NCBI GenBank assembly: GCA_963924875.1
Contig: CAWUSX010000036.1
Coordinates: 31,129-95,128, forward strand
DNA: 64,000 bases
Source: an uncultured Gammaproteobacteria bacterium
Lineage (GTDB): Bacteria; Pseudomonadota; Gammaproteobacteria; SZUA-229
Reading direction: 5' to 3'
In this document: one piece after another, positions 9,893 through 19,042 of the stretch
Position numbering within the stretch: the stretch's first letter is position 1
Layout: each line of letters begins with the position of its first letter
Notes under the pieces: generated by a model
Database searches by the model: none
The model's input: the letters and a program-made list of their open reading frames with translations, nothing else
Told to the model about the DNA's origin: nothing
Translations under genes and position numbers: made by a program

Positions 9893-12205
9893 TTAAAAAG
9901 TTTTTTTAAATCGAGTGATTTCCAAAAGTATCTTATTGGCTTTATTTATAATCACATTGTCTGATGATGATTGACATTTTACTGCATTCATTAAATCAAG
10001 GGATGCTTCATGAAGTGCTTCTGCACCAACAATGCAGGCAGATCCGGCTAGCTTGTGGATAATTTCATAAAGTCTGTCGTTGTCTTGTTTTACTTCACTA
10101 ATAGCCAATTCATTTTCAGGCAATAATTTCAAAAAATCAGAGAGCAATTCTTCGGCGATAACTTCATTACCTGCTACTGAATCAATAGCGGCTTTATGAT
10201 TGTATACTTTGGGTTGCCGCTTTTTTTTATCAGCAATTTGTGGAGAAGTGTTTTGATTATTGTTTGAAAGAGTATGGCGCCATTTTTCAATTATCAAAAA
10301 AAGCTGTTGTGGTTTATATGGTTTTGTTAAAAAATCATTCATGCCAGCAGCCAGAACTTGTTTTTGTATGTCAGGAAAAGCATGTGCTGTAAGCGCAATA
10401 ATGGGGATGTCTTTGTTATAATGTTTTATCTGGCGTATACTTTTGGCAGTTTCAATGCCACTCATGCCAGGCATTTCCAGATCCATTAAAATCAAATCAA
10501 ATAATTGTTGATGTGCTTTTTGTAGAGCGTCTTTGCCACTTTCAACCGAAACAACATTCGCACCTTCATTGCTGAGAAATGTGCTCGCAACTTTGAGATT
10601 AAGTAAATTATCATCAACTACAAGTACGGATAATTCTATTAAGTTTGAGTTGTGCTGTGTTTCCGCAGCTGGTTTACGGAGACTCCTTTGTTGTTGATTT
10701 GTAGTATGCACCTGTTTGGCAGGTTGAATGAAAATTTTAACAGTAAAGCAAGTGCCTTTTCCTGGTGTGCTGGTTATGCTAATAGAACCATTCATCATGG
10801 CTGCAAGGCGTTGGGTGATAATTAAGCCTAAGCCAGTGCCTCCATAGTTGCGCGTGATTGACGCGTCGCCTTGCTGAAATGGCTGAAAAAGATTTGCCTG
10901 ATGTTCTTCTGATATGCCAATGCCGGTATCCGTTACAATAATTTCCAGTGGAAATTCATTGTCTTGTATATTGGAATTGTCAGCTAGTTTTATACGTAAT
11001 TTTACCTGTCCATGTTCAGTAAACTTAATAGCATTCGCAAGTAAGTTGATTAAAATTTGACGTAGTCGAGTGGCATCTCCATGTATTTTTTCAGGTATGT
11101 TGTTGTCTATTTCAAAAAGCAGCTTAAGATCTTTCTCTTCAACTTTCGGTGAAAGTAAGGCGTAGATATCATCGACTACATGTTTCAAAATAAAATCAGA
11201 TTTTTCTAAATTAAATTTTCCCGCCTCAATTTTTGAGAAATCAAGAATGTCATTGATAATGGTAAGTAAGCTATCTGTGGAGCTAATAATGTTGTGTACG
11301 TATTCGGCTTGAATTTCATTTAGTTGTGTTTGTTCAAGTAGCCCGGCAAAACCGATAGCGGCATTCATTGGTGTGCGTATTTCATGACTCATAGTAGCCA
11401 GAAAATCACTTTTTGCTGTGTCGGCCGCCTTTGCGTCATTAGTCGCTTTTTCAAGCTTGTGCGTTCTTTCAATAACCAGTTTTTCAAGATCCAGACGATA
11501 TGATGTAAGTTCGTTATCATATGTCTGCAATTGATCAAGCATGGAGTTAAATTCATTTGTTAAAGTTCCCAGTTCATCGTCACTGGTTCGTCTGACGCGA
11601 TGGCTTAGATCCTTGTTTGTTGCAACTATAGATATGGTGCTCAGCAAGTTTTTTATAGGATCAGAAATTATGTGTTGTAGTTTTTTGGAAATAAGAGTGG
11701 CAACTATCATGGAAATAAGAAAGATTCCGATCCCCAGAAATGTTTGTTTTATCAGAAGACTGTGAGAACGACTCATATTTCCCGTAATGTAAAAATTACC
11801 GATGACTTCATTATGAATAATAATAGGTTGCTGTATATTTACGTCATTAAGGAAAAAATTCCATAGAGAAATATTTTTATTGTTTTCAACCTTGTGATTA
11901 ATTCTGCTGTATTTTGCAAGTATGTCACCATTGCGGATTTTTATACGCGCTTGCAATACATCGGTTTGAGTCGACAGGGTGGATAAAACTTCGGTGGCTG
12001 CTGCTTTGTCATGAAAGGTGATGGCCGCACTACTGTTTTCACCGAGTACGGTTGCTAATGCTCTAAGCCTGGTCTCTGCATCGCTACGGGCATAGCTGAC
12101 CTCCATAACCATAAATAGCAGGAAGCTCAATAAGAGTACTGCTGCTGCAGTAATTAAAATTATTGCTTCAATTTTTTGTCTTATAGAGCGTCTATTGAGA
12201 ATCAT
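9893..12205 (-). CDS. Hybrid sensor histidine kinase/response regulator (TM-periplasmic-TM input, HAMP, HisKA, HATPase, REC, C-terminal HPt)
   Basis: 770-aa ORF. It has the H-box SHEIRTPMN, the G-boxes DTGIGI and GGTGLGL, the receiver DLILMDLEMPGMSG, and the HPt motif HKLAGSA. Confidence 0.88.
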   Translation of the reverse strand: MILNRRSIRQKIEAIILITAAAVLLLSFLLFMVMEVSYARSDAETRLRALATVLGENSSAAITFHDKAAATEVLSTLSTQTDVLQARIKIRNGDILAKYSRINHKVENNKNISLWNFFLNDVNIQQPIIIHNEVIGNFYITGNMSRSHSLLIKQTFLGIGIFLISMIVATLISKKLQHIISDPIKNLLSTISIVATNKDLSHRVRRTSDDELGTLTNEFNSMLDQLQTYDNELTSYRLDLEKLVIERTHKLEKATNDAKAADTAKSDFLATMSHEIRTPMNAAIGFAGLLEQTQLNEIQAEYVHNIISSTDSLLTIINDILDFSKIEAGKFNLEKSDFILKHVVDDIYALLSPKVEEKDLKLLFEIDNNIPEKIHGDATRLRQILINLLANAIKFTEHGQVKLRIKLADNSNIQDNEFPLEIIVTDTGIGISEEHQANLFQPFQQGDASITRNYGGTGLGLIITQRLAAMMNGSISITSTPGKGTCFTVKIFIQPAKQVHTTNQQQRSLRKPAAETQHNSNLIELSVLVVDDNLLNLKVASTFLSNEGANVVSVESGKDALQKAHQQLFDLILMDLEMPGMSGIETAKSIRQIKHYNKDIPIIALTAHAFPDIQKQVLAAGMNDFLTKPYKPQQLFLIIEKWRHTLSNNNQNTSPQIADKKKRQPKVYNHKAAIDSVAGNEVIAEELLSDFLKLLPENELAISEVKQDNDRLYEIIHKLAGSACIVGAEALHEASLDLMNAVKCQSSSDNVIINKANKILLEITRFKKTF

Positions 12206-12768
12206 TTTGATGGTTTGTCATTGATAATATTGGCGAGAATTAATAATCGAGAGCTTAGTTCTAAATTATTTTCATGTGCTGCATTTAAGTTTATTGTGAT
12301 GCGAGTCTGGCCTTTTTCAAGGTTGAGCTCAATGATGCCGCCTGACTGTGCGAAATTTTTAATTTCACTGATTGTTAAAATAGGTTTTCCCCGAATATGA
12401 TTAAGTGTACTTACATAATTTCTTTTTTTTGATGCGGCTATGTATAACATGCCGCATTCATTTGGGGCTTCTATTGTTTTAACTATAAGGATTTTATTGT
12501 TTATTATTTTCCCTTGTAGGCGAGTAAGATCGATAACTAACTGATCTTCTCCTAGTGTACACAGAACAATTTTATCTTTGTCATCGTCTTCCAGGTTTTT
12601 TGGCCAGCGAGTAAATTTTGCAAAATTATATATAAAGGCGGCTTTAAACAGGCGCTGGTCTTGATTGGCGATAGCTGTGTTATAAACTGTGGAAATCACC
12701 AAAAAATAAATAAGTAGCATTGATTTTAGGATTGAGGATATCAAGTGACATACCTCGGAACTTTGCAT
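12202..12768 (-). CDS. YfiR-family (DUF4154) periplasmic protein
   Basis: 188-aa ORF whose stop overlaps the kinase start by 4 nt. The signature FIYNFAKFTRWP is typical of DUF4154/YfiR. An alternative start at 12720 (MLLIYFLV...) gives a cleaner signal peptide. Confidence 0.65.
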   Translation of the reverse strand: MQSSEVCHLISSILKSMLLIYFLVISTVYNTAIANQDQRLFKAAFIYNFAKFTRWPKNLEDDDKDKIVLCTLGEDQLVIDLTRLQGKIINNKILIVKTIEAPNECGMLYIAASKKRNYVSTLNHIRGKPILTISEIKNFAQSGGIIELNLEKGQTRITINLNAAHENNLELSSRLLILANIINDKPSK

Positions 12769-12900
12769 GCATTGTCATCGCCAGTAAGAATAACGATACA
12801 GTTATAAAAGGCGTAAGCTAACCATGTAAGGGCATTATCATGCCCTTGCGTAGCGTAGTCCACATTATATCCTTGTAATTGCATTTCCTGACTCATGCGA

Positions 12901-14988
12901 TTAGAGTTTAAACCTTGCCTCAATGTAAGCGTTTCGTTCTGCGAGCGGTAAGTCTCCAGGTATAGAGCGACCAGTATACTCAGATGCGTGTTTGTCGAAT
13001 AGGTTACGAATAGATGCTGCAAATTCCCATGCTTTAGAATGAACGTAGCGAAGCGTTGTATCGGCTATTGTATAAGCAGCCAGATCGTCTCTAGTATCAT
13101 TTGCGCCACGAGGTCGTTCACCTATCCAGCTGGCCTGTAAGTTCCAGTTCCAGTTACCAGATAAATTACAGTCTGTGCGCAAATAGGCTTCCTGTTTTGC
13201 TTCCTGAATAGCGGCACTGCTATCGTCAGGATTGCGCAAAGTGAAGTTGCCTGAGATGCTGATTTGTTTTGAGGCTTGCCAGTGTGCATCAAGCTCTAGT
13301 CCTCGAATGGTGTAGTTACCTGTGTTGTGAAATTGATCTTTAGATAAACCAGATACGGTAACTGGGCTAATCAGGTCGGTCTGCTCGAAATAAAACAGGT
13401 TTAAATTGAGGAGCAGAATATTCGTTGGTGTGTAGGTAAAGGCAAGATCAATGGTTTGCGAGCGTTCAGGGTTCAGATCTGGGTTGGGCAAAAAACGTGA
13501 CGATTCGACAAAAAGTTCCTGATAAGACGGTGCTCTAAACGCCTGACCATAAATGAGTTTGCTGGTGAGCTTATTGGTGGTTTGCCATACCAGTGCCACT
13601 CGAGGGTTTGTGCTGTTGCCAAAGTCTGAATAATTATCATAACGTGCGCCAGCGGTGAGCTCCCAGTCAGGCGCAAAGCTCCAGGCGTCTTTCAGAAAAA
13701 TGTGGTTTATGCGGCGTTTCCTTTCTGGCGCAAATGCATATGAGCTATCGGACAGGTCGACTAGTGAGCTGCCGGGAAGGATGGTTGAGTCATCTGGAGC
13801 GGTACCATAATTTTGTAGGTGTTCAACAGAATATAAATCCTGCAAGGTATGTCCACCGCCTATGCGTATCGCGTGATCGTGGATGCCGCTGTACAGTGTG
13901 CTGGCTTCAAACATAATACGTCGCTCGGCAGAGCGGTTAATATTGATAAGGCCGTCAGGGTAGGTGCCGCTGCTATCGGTAAAGCCGGGAGGGCGCTCCT
14001 GAAATCCATCGCCTGAGCTGTAATATAGATGCTGAATGCGTAGTTCAGTACCCAGCGTCCAGTTTTTGCTGAGGTTGTCGTTATCGTAGTACAGGTCGAG
14101 ATTAAGTCGCTCGTCTTCACCCTGAGTAACCGGGTCGAGTACGCCATATCCGGTGAGGCCGATTTCAAGATCGCTATGGCTCATGTAATCGGCCTGAAGT
14201 CGCCAGTGATTTTTTGCGGCAGAGAAACGAATATCCTGATTGCCCCAGCCGTACTGGGCATTATCCGGTGAAAGACTGGCGTTAGTTGCAAATGTCTGGT
14301 CTTCAAAAGCGGCCTGACGGTCTACGGGAATTAAGGGGTTGTAGCCCTCGGTATCATATAGCTCTGCGGTAAAGCCTATTTCAAAACCTTGCCAGTTGTC
14401 GCCATGTTGTATCCAGGCGGTTTTGGTATTAAAGCTACCTGTTCGGATGCCTGCTTCCGAATGTGTAATTTTCCCCGCTGTTTTAGTGATAACGTTTATG
14501 ACGCCCGCAATAGCATCGGCACCAAATAAAGCAGAGCCCGGGCCGCGAATGATTTCTATGCGCTCAATAGCACTAGCGGGTATACCTTTCCAGAAAATGC
14601 CAAAACCCCAAATCAGATCACGCATTGGGTTGCCGTTTACCATGAGTAATGTTTGTGTCGCATTAGCGCCGCGAAAATGCACTAGTGGCCGTGTACCAAA
14701 GGCGTCTGTTCTTATGTGAATGCCTGGAACACCTTGTAATGCCTCGGCCAAATTGGTCGCACCGGTGGCTTTTAGGTCGTCTGAGGTAATTACAGATATA
14801 ACGGCGGGTGCTTTACTGGCGGTACGTTTTGAGACTGTTGCAATTGTTGTTTCAAGGCTTATTAGATCTTCAAGGCTTAACGATATAAATCGATCTAATT
14901 GCTCGTCTGCACCGCATGAGGCAATAGGTGAGTACGAGATTGCAAAGCATAAACTGAAAAGTGCTGTATGTAAGCGAACTTTATTCAT
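12901..14988 (-). CDS. TonB-dependent outer-membrane receptor
   Basis: 695-aa ORF with a signal peptide, a plug domain (motifs GVPG, RG, and the IERIEIIRGPGSALFGADAIAGVINVITK region) and a long beta-barrel. Confidence 0.88.
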   Translation of the reverse strand: MNKVRLHTALFSLCFAISYSPIASCGADEQLDRFISLSLEDLISLETTIATVSKRTASKAPAVISVITSDDLKATGATNLAEALQGVPGIHIRTDAFGTRPLVHFRGANATQTLLMVNGNPMRDLIWGFGIFWKGIPASAIERIEIIRGPGSALFGADAIAGVINVITKTAGKITHSEAGIRTGSFNTKTAWIQHGDNWQGFEIGFTAELYDTEGYNPLIPVDRQAAFEDQTFATNASLSPDNAQYGWGNQDIRFSAAKNHWRLQADYMSHSDLEIGLTGYGVLDPVTQGEDERLNLDLYYDNDNLSKNWTLGTELRIQHLYYSSGDGFQERPPGFTDSSGTYPDGLININRSAERRIMFEASTLYSGIHDHAIRIGGGHTLQDLYSVEHLQNYGTAPDDSTILPGSSLVDLSDSSYAFAPERKRRINHIFLKDAWSFAPDWELTAGARYDNYSDFGNSTNPRVALVWQTTNKLTSKLIYGQAFRAPSYQELFVESSRFLPNPDLNPERSQTIDLAFTYTPTNILLLNLNLFYFEQTDLISPVTVSGLSKDQFHNTGNYTIRGLELDAHWQASKQISISGNFTLRNPDDSSAAIQEAKQEAYLRTDCNLSGNWNWNLQASWIGERPRGANDTRDDLAAYTIADTTLRYVHSKAWEFAASIRNLFDKHASEYTGRSIPGDLPLAERNAYIEARFKL

Positions 14989-15194
14989 CTTTGGGCGACA
15001 ATCAATGTAAGAGGGGGAGTGCAGAAGATAATAGACTGTCAGTGCTTGCGCAATAGTTGAAGTACTTAAAAGATAGTTTTTTTAATCTCATATGCAAAGA
15101 GAGAAAAACACGTATTGAGAAATGTGCATAATTTGTCCGCTGCTGGGGCAGGCGCGCTGGAGAAGCCGCCGCGCAAACTCAGGAGGAGATAAAT

Positions 15195-15439
15195 ATGTCT
15201 CAATGGTTATCTGGCTCATACTCGACTTATGGCCTGTGAGGATAATTTGAAACAATGGGATGATTTAAAAATCATGCCGAAACATTGAGCCATACTATCC
15301 TTCTGATGCAACTATTCTGGTGTATCTTGCCAGAGCGTATAGTCACATAAATGAAAATGGAAAAGCCAAAGCACTCTACCAACAAGTTTTACAGCGTTAC
15401 CCTGATCATCTTGAAGCGAGTAAATTTTTGGCGAAGTAA
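15195..15439 (+). pseudogene. Possible decayed TPR-like gene remnant
   Basis: Three short in-line reading segments start at 15195, 15238 and 15284, each shifted +1 from the previous one. The last reads ...EPYYPSDATILVYLARAYSHINENGKAKALYQQVLQRYPDHLEASKFLAK*, which looks like TPR repeats. There is no intact ORF. Confidence 0.25.
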
Positions 15440-15495
15440 TGAGGCAATTTTAATAGTTAATTTAATTAGCTATTTTTGTAACAGCGCACGTATGC

Positions 15496-16392
15496 CTATT
15501 TAAAATTCATTTGTTGACGAAATATCTTCATCAATACCTCTATGTTTTTTACACCGGCATAATTCGGTCGAATAATAAAAGCGATTTTTCTATGTGGGCC
15601 AGGCTCATTCAGATGGACTGCCTTTAATTCACAATTGCCAGATACCAATTGCTCAAGTGCCATAGCCGGGATTAATGTTGTGCCCATACGACCAGCAACC
15701 ATTTGTACCAGCATGTTCAGACTGGTGGAGGCGAGTGAGGCGTCTGTTTCACTGGAAGGTAATTTACAGGCTGCCAGCGCATGTTCCTTTAAACAGTGGC
15801 CATCTTTTAAGAGCATTAAATGGGAGCGCTTTAATTCTTCACTGGTAATCTCGGTTTGCTGCGAAAGCGGGTCATCCTGATGGGTAACCCAGTAAAAGTC
15901 TTCCTGCCAGAACTCAAACGCGAGCAGGCCTTCAATATCAAAGGGCAGTGCCAGAATCGCGGCATCCAGCTCACCGTTTCTAACCTGGTTAACCAGCACG
16001 TGGGATTGCTCTTCAATAATTCGCAGCTGAAAATCGGGGTAGTGGTGTCTTACGCCGGGCAATACCTGTGGCAAAAGATAGGGGCCAATGGTTGGGATCG
16101 TGCCGATAGACATAGGGTAGCTTAGCGGTGCTTTAAGTGCCTGGCCCAGCTGGTACAGGTCGTCCATCTGTAGTTTTATGTTATGCGCCTTTTCCAGGCA
16201 TAGAGCACCAGCTGGCGTTATCAGTACCTTTTTATTGTCACGCTCAAATACCTGAAAACCCAGTTGCTTCTCCATCTCGGTGATGGCAGTGCTCAGTGCT
16301 GATTGCGAGACTGAGCACAGTTCCGCGGCCTTCTTAAAGTGCAGTGTCTTCTCGACGGCCAGAATATAGATAACTTGTTTGAGTGATATCAT
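15496..16392 (-). CDS. oxyR: LysR-family hydrogen peroxide-inducible genes activator
   Basis: 298-aa ORF with an N-terminal HTH (F.KAAE.C.VSQSALS). It has the GHCL redox cysteine (KDGHCLKEHALAAC) and is divergent from ahpC. Confidence 0.82.
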   Translation of the reverse strand: MISLKQVIYILAVEKTLHFKKAAELCSVSQSALSTAITEMEKQLGFQVFERDNKKVLITPAGALCLEKAHNIKLQMDDLYQLGQALKAPLSYPMSIGTIPTIGPYLLPQVLPGVRHHYPDFQLRIIEEQSHVLVNQVRNGELDAAILALPFDIEGLLAFEFWQEDFYWVTHQDDPLSQQTEITSEELKRSHLMLLKDGHCLKEHALAACKLPSSETDASLASTSLNMLVQMVAGRMGTTLIPAMALEQLVSGNCELKAVHLNEPGPHRKIAFIIRPNYAGVKNIEVLMKIFRQQMNFK

Positions 16393-16536
16393 AATTTATG
16401 TTCTAAAAAATAGAATGTGAATATTCATTTTAATTGATTTATCAGATCAATGGAATCCCTTAATCTTCAACTCAACGCCGGTGCAGGCATCGGCAAAAAA
16501 CTTTACAAGACTATTTCAATTAAGAGGAAAAACATT

Positions 16537-17100
16537 ATGTCTATGATCAATAAATCAATCCCCGAGTTTACTGCCGAGGCTTTCCATAACGGTGAGTTTA
16601 AAACCATTACATCAGAAGATGTAAAAGGTAAGTGGTCAATCTTCCTGTTCTACCCAGCTGACTTTACCTTTGTTTGTCCAACTGAGCTGGAAGATATGGA
16701 GAATTTTTATGCAGAGCTTCAGGGGCTTGGGGTAGAGGTGTATTCAGTCTCTACGGATACACACTTTGTGCACAAGGCATGGCACGACACAAGTGATGCT
16801 ATTAGCAAAATCACTTACCCAATGATTGGTGACCCAACAGGAAAAATTACGCGCGGTTTTGACGTGATGATAGAGGAAGACGCATTAGCGCTTCGCGGAA
16901 CATTCCTTGCGAATCCAGAAGGCATTATAAAAGTCTCTGAGGTTCATGACCTGGGTATAGGTCGTTCTGCAAAAGACATGGTGCGTAAAGTGAAGGCTGC
17001 TCAGTATGTAGCAAATCACGATGGTGAAGTTTGTCCTGCAGCATGGGAAGAGGGTGCAGAAACATTAACGCCAAGTCTTGATCTTGTTGGCAAGATCTAA
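16537..17100 (+). CDS. ahpC: Alkyl hydroperoxide reductase subunit C (typical 2-Cys peroxiredoxin)
   Basis: The tracked ORF starts at 16450. The ATG at 16537 has the ribosome-binding site AAGAGGA upstream and gives a 187-aa protein. It has the FTFVCPTE peroxidatic Cys and the EVCPA resolving Cys. Confidence 0.92.
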   Translation: MSMINKSIPEFTAEAFHNGEFKTITSEDVKGKWSIFLFYPADFTFVCPTELEDMENFYAELQGLGVEVYSVSTDTHFVHKAWHDTSDAISKITYPMIGDPTGKITRGFDVMIEEDALALRGTFLANPEGIIKVSEVHDLGIGRSAKDMVRKVKAAQYVANHDGEVCPAAWEEGAETLTPSLDLVGKI

Positions 17101-17132
17101 AGACAGCGATAGATAGTTTCTAGCAGGAACAG

Positions 17133-17155
17133 GTGGGTAACATTATGTTGCCCAC
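17133..17155 (+). promoter_or_regulatory. Intercistronic ahpC-ahpF hairpin (possible partial terminator or mRNA processing element)
   Basis: GTGGGTAAC-ATTAT-GTTGCCCAC forms a 9-bp stem with one G-U pair. No U-tract follows. Confidence 0.4.
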
Positions 17156-17222
17156 ATTCCAGAAAGAATTAATAAGATCAGGGTCTAATTACCTGATAAA
17201 GATATTTTAGGAAAGGTGAAAC

Positions 17223-18800
17223 ATGTTAACGAGAGAAATTAAAGAAGCATTGATGGGTTACACCGCCAAAATGCAAAATGATGTGACGTTCGTGGTGCAA
17301 ACAGGTGAACATAAAAAGCGTTCTGAGCTACTGACTTTCCTAAGAGATTTTGCAAAAGTGTCAAAGCGAATTAATGTTGAAGAACGTGATACTGCCGGGC
17401 AGTTAAGAAGCCCTGTGAGTTTTATGCTGGAGGTAGACGGTAAGCCAAATGGTATTCAGTTTTCGGGTATTCCCAGTGGGCATGAATTTAATTCATTAGT
17501 ATTGGCGGTATTGCACTCATCGGGCACGCCAATAAAAATCGATGACAGCTTGAAAAATATTATTTCCAATGTGCAACAGGAATTAAAATTCGAAGTGTAT
17601 ATGGGCTTGAGTTGTCATAACTGTCCGGATGTAGTGCAGGCGATTAACCAGTTTGCAACTATCAATCCGCATATTTCATCTGAAACAATTGATGGTGGTG
17701 TTTATCCGGAATTAATAGGAAAAAATAATATTCAGGGTGTACCGACTGTTTTTCTTAATGGTGAAGTATTTGCGAATGGCAAAGTGGATACGGCGCAATT
17801 GATTGATAAATTAATGAAAAAATATCCGGGTATTACGGAAAGTGCCTCACAGGAAGAATTGCCTTTGCAGGATGTAACTGTGATTGGTGGTGGCCCTGCG
17901 GGAGTATCGGCAGCCATTTATGCTGCGCGTAAAGGCCTTAAGGTAACCATGATAGCCGATCGTTTTGGTGGTCAGGTTAAAGACACAATGGGCATAGAAA
18001 ATTTAATTTCTGTAACAAAAACTACCGGGCCAGAATTGGCTGGCGCATTACAGGCGCACATGAATGAATATGATATTACAACCAAAGAACACTTTCGAGT
18101 TGAGAAGGTAGAAAAAGGTGATATCAAAATAATTTATCTTTCTTCCGGTGAAAAAATAAAAACTAGAACGCTGATTGTAGCCACCGGTGCGAAATGGCGA
18201 GAGCTAGGTGTTCCCGGTGAAAAAGAAAATATCGGTAATGGTGTTGCCTATTGTCCGCATTGTGATGGTCCTTTCTTTAAAGGAAAGGATGTTGCAGTGA
18301 TAGGTGGTGGTAACTCAGGTATTGAAGCGGCGCTTGATCTTGCGGGTATAGTTAAATCAGTAACCGTATTTGAGTTTTTAGCAGAATTAAAAGCGGATCA
18401 GGTATTGGTTACGCAAGCCGAGGCACGTAACAATATTGCAATTATTAAAAATGTTGCAACTAAACAGATTATTGCGGAAAACGCAAAAGTAACGGCCATT
18501 GAATACCGGAATCGTGAAACAGATGAGGTGTTACGTAAACAGCTGGATGGTGTGTTTGTGCAAATTGGCCTGATACCAAACAGTGGTTTCATGAAAGATG
18601 TAATCGAGTTAAGCAAATATGGTGAGATTGTAATTGATGAGCGTGGTCAAACCAGTGAGGCAGGTATATTCGCCTGCGGCGATGTAACAACCGTGCCGTA
18701 CAAGCAAATTGTTATTGCCATGGGTGAAGGTGCCAAGGCATCACTGGCCGCTTTTGATTATTTGTTAATGAACTCAGTTGAGGAGGAAGAAGCGGCGTAA
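17223..18800 (+). CDS. ahpF: Alkyl hydroperoxide reductase subunit F
   Basis: 525-aa ORF with the N-terminal CHNC redox site, GGGPAG FAD-binding motif, the CPHC disulfide and GGGNSG NAD-binding motif. Confidence 0.92.
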   Translation: MLTREIKEALMGYTAKMQNDVTFVVQTGEHKKRSELLTFLRDFAKVSKRINVEERDTAGQLRSPVSFMLEVDGKPNGIQFSGIPSGHEFNSLVLAVLHSSGTPIKIDDSLKNIISNVQQELKFEVYMGLSCHNCPDVVQAINQFATINPHISSETIDGGVYPELIGKNNIQGVPTVFLNGEVFANGKVDTAQLIDKLMKKYPGITESASQEELPLQDVTVIGGGPAGVSAAIYAARKGLKVTMIADRFGGQVKDTMGIENLISVTKTTGPELAGALQAHMNEYDITTKEHFRVEKVEKGDIKIIYLSSGEKIKTRTLIVATGAKWRELGVPGEKENIGNGVAYCPHCDGPFFKGKDVAVIGGGNSGIEAALDLAGIVKSVTVFEFLAELKADQVLVTQAEARNNIAIIKNVATKQIIAENAKVTAIEYRNRETDEVLRKQLDGVFVQIGLIPNSGFMKDVIELSKYGEIVIDERGQTSEAGIFACGDVTTVPYKQIVIAMGEGAKASLAAFDYLLMNSVEEEEAA

Positions 18801-19042
18801 AGTCGAACTAGCTTACCGTGAAGGTTTGGTCAAGTCTTTGGGGTTTTGAAAAGAAAAATCCTTTAGTTTTAATAATTTGAAGTAGTCATAAAAAATGGGC
18901 ACCATTCTGGCGTCCCTTTTTTTGTACAGAGTTAAAAACTCAGAGATATGTTTTTAAGGTGTGATAAGCCAGGAATATTTTCATAGAGAAATAAGCGCAG
19001 TAGGCGAACCTTGCAGTTGCAGAATACCAGGAAATTTTGGAT

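Noticed and set aside
9893-12205. Identifying the hybrid kinase as GacS/BarA, the kinase expected to control the candidate Rsm-type sRNA
   Set aside because: The domain order (HAMP-HisKA-HATPase-REC-HPt) is shared. However, the protein is about 150 aa shorter than typical GacS/BarA. It is translationally coupled to a YfiR-like gene and a TonB-dependent receptor, which is not the GacS context. There is no sequence-specific evidence for the link.
14989-15060. Fur-box-like GATAAT segment upstream of the TonB-dependent receptor
   Set aside because: Only a partial match (AGATAATAGA) to the 19-bp Fur consensus, with no dyad symmetry.
18880-18930. Possible terminator after ahpF (GGGCACCATTCTGGCGTCCC followed by a T-run)
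   Set aside because: Only two short 3-bp helices can form around an internal loop. The T-run is good but the stem is too weak to call.
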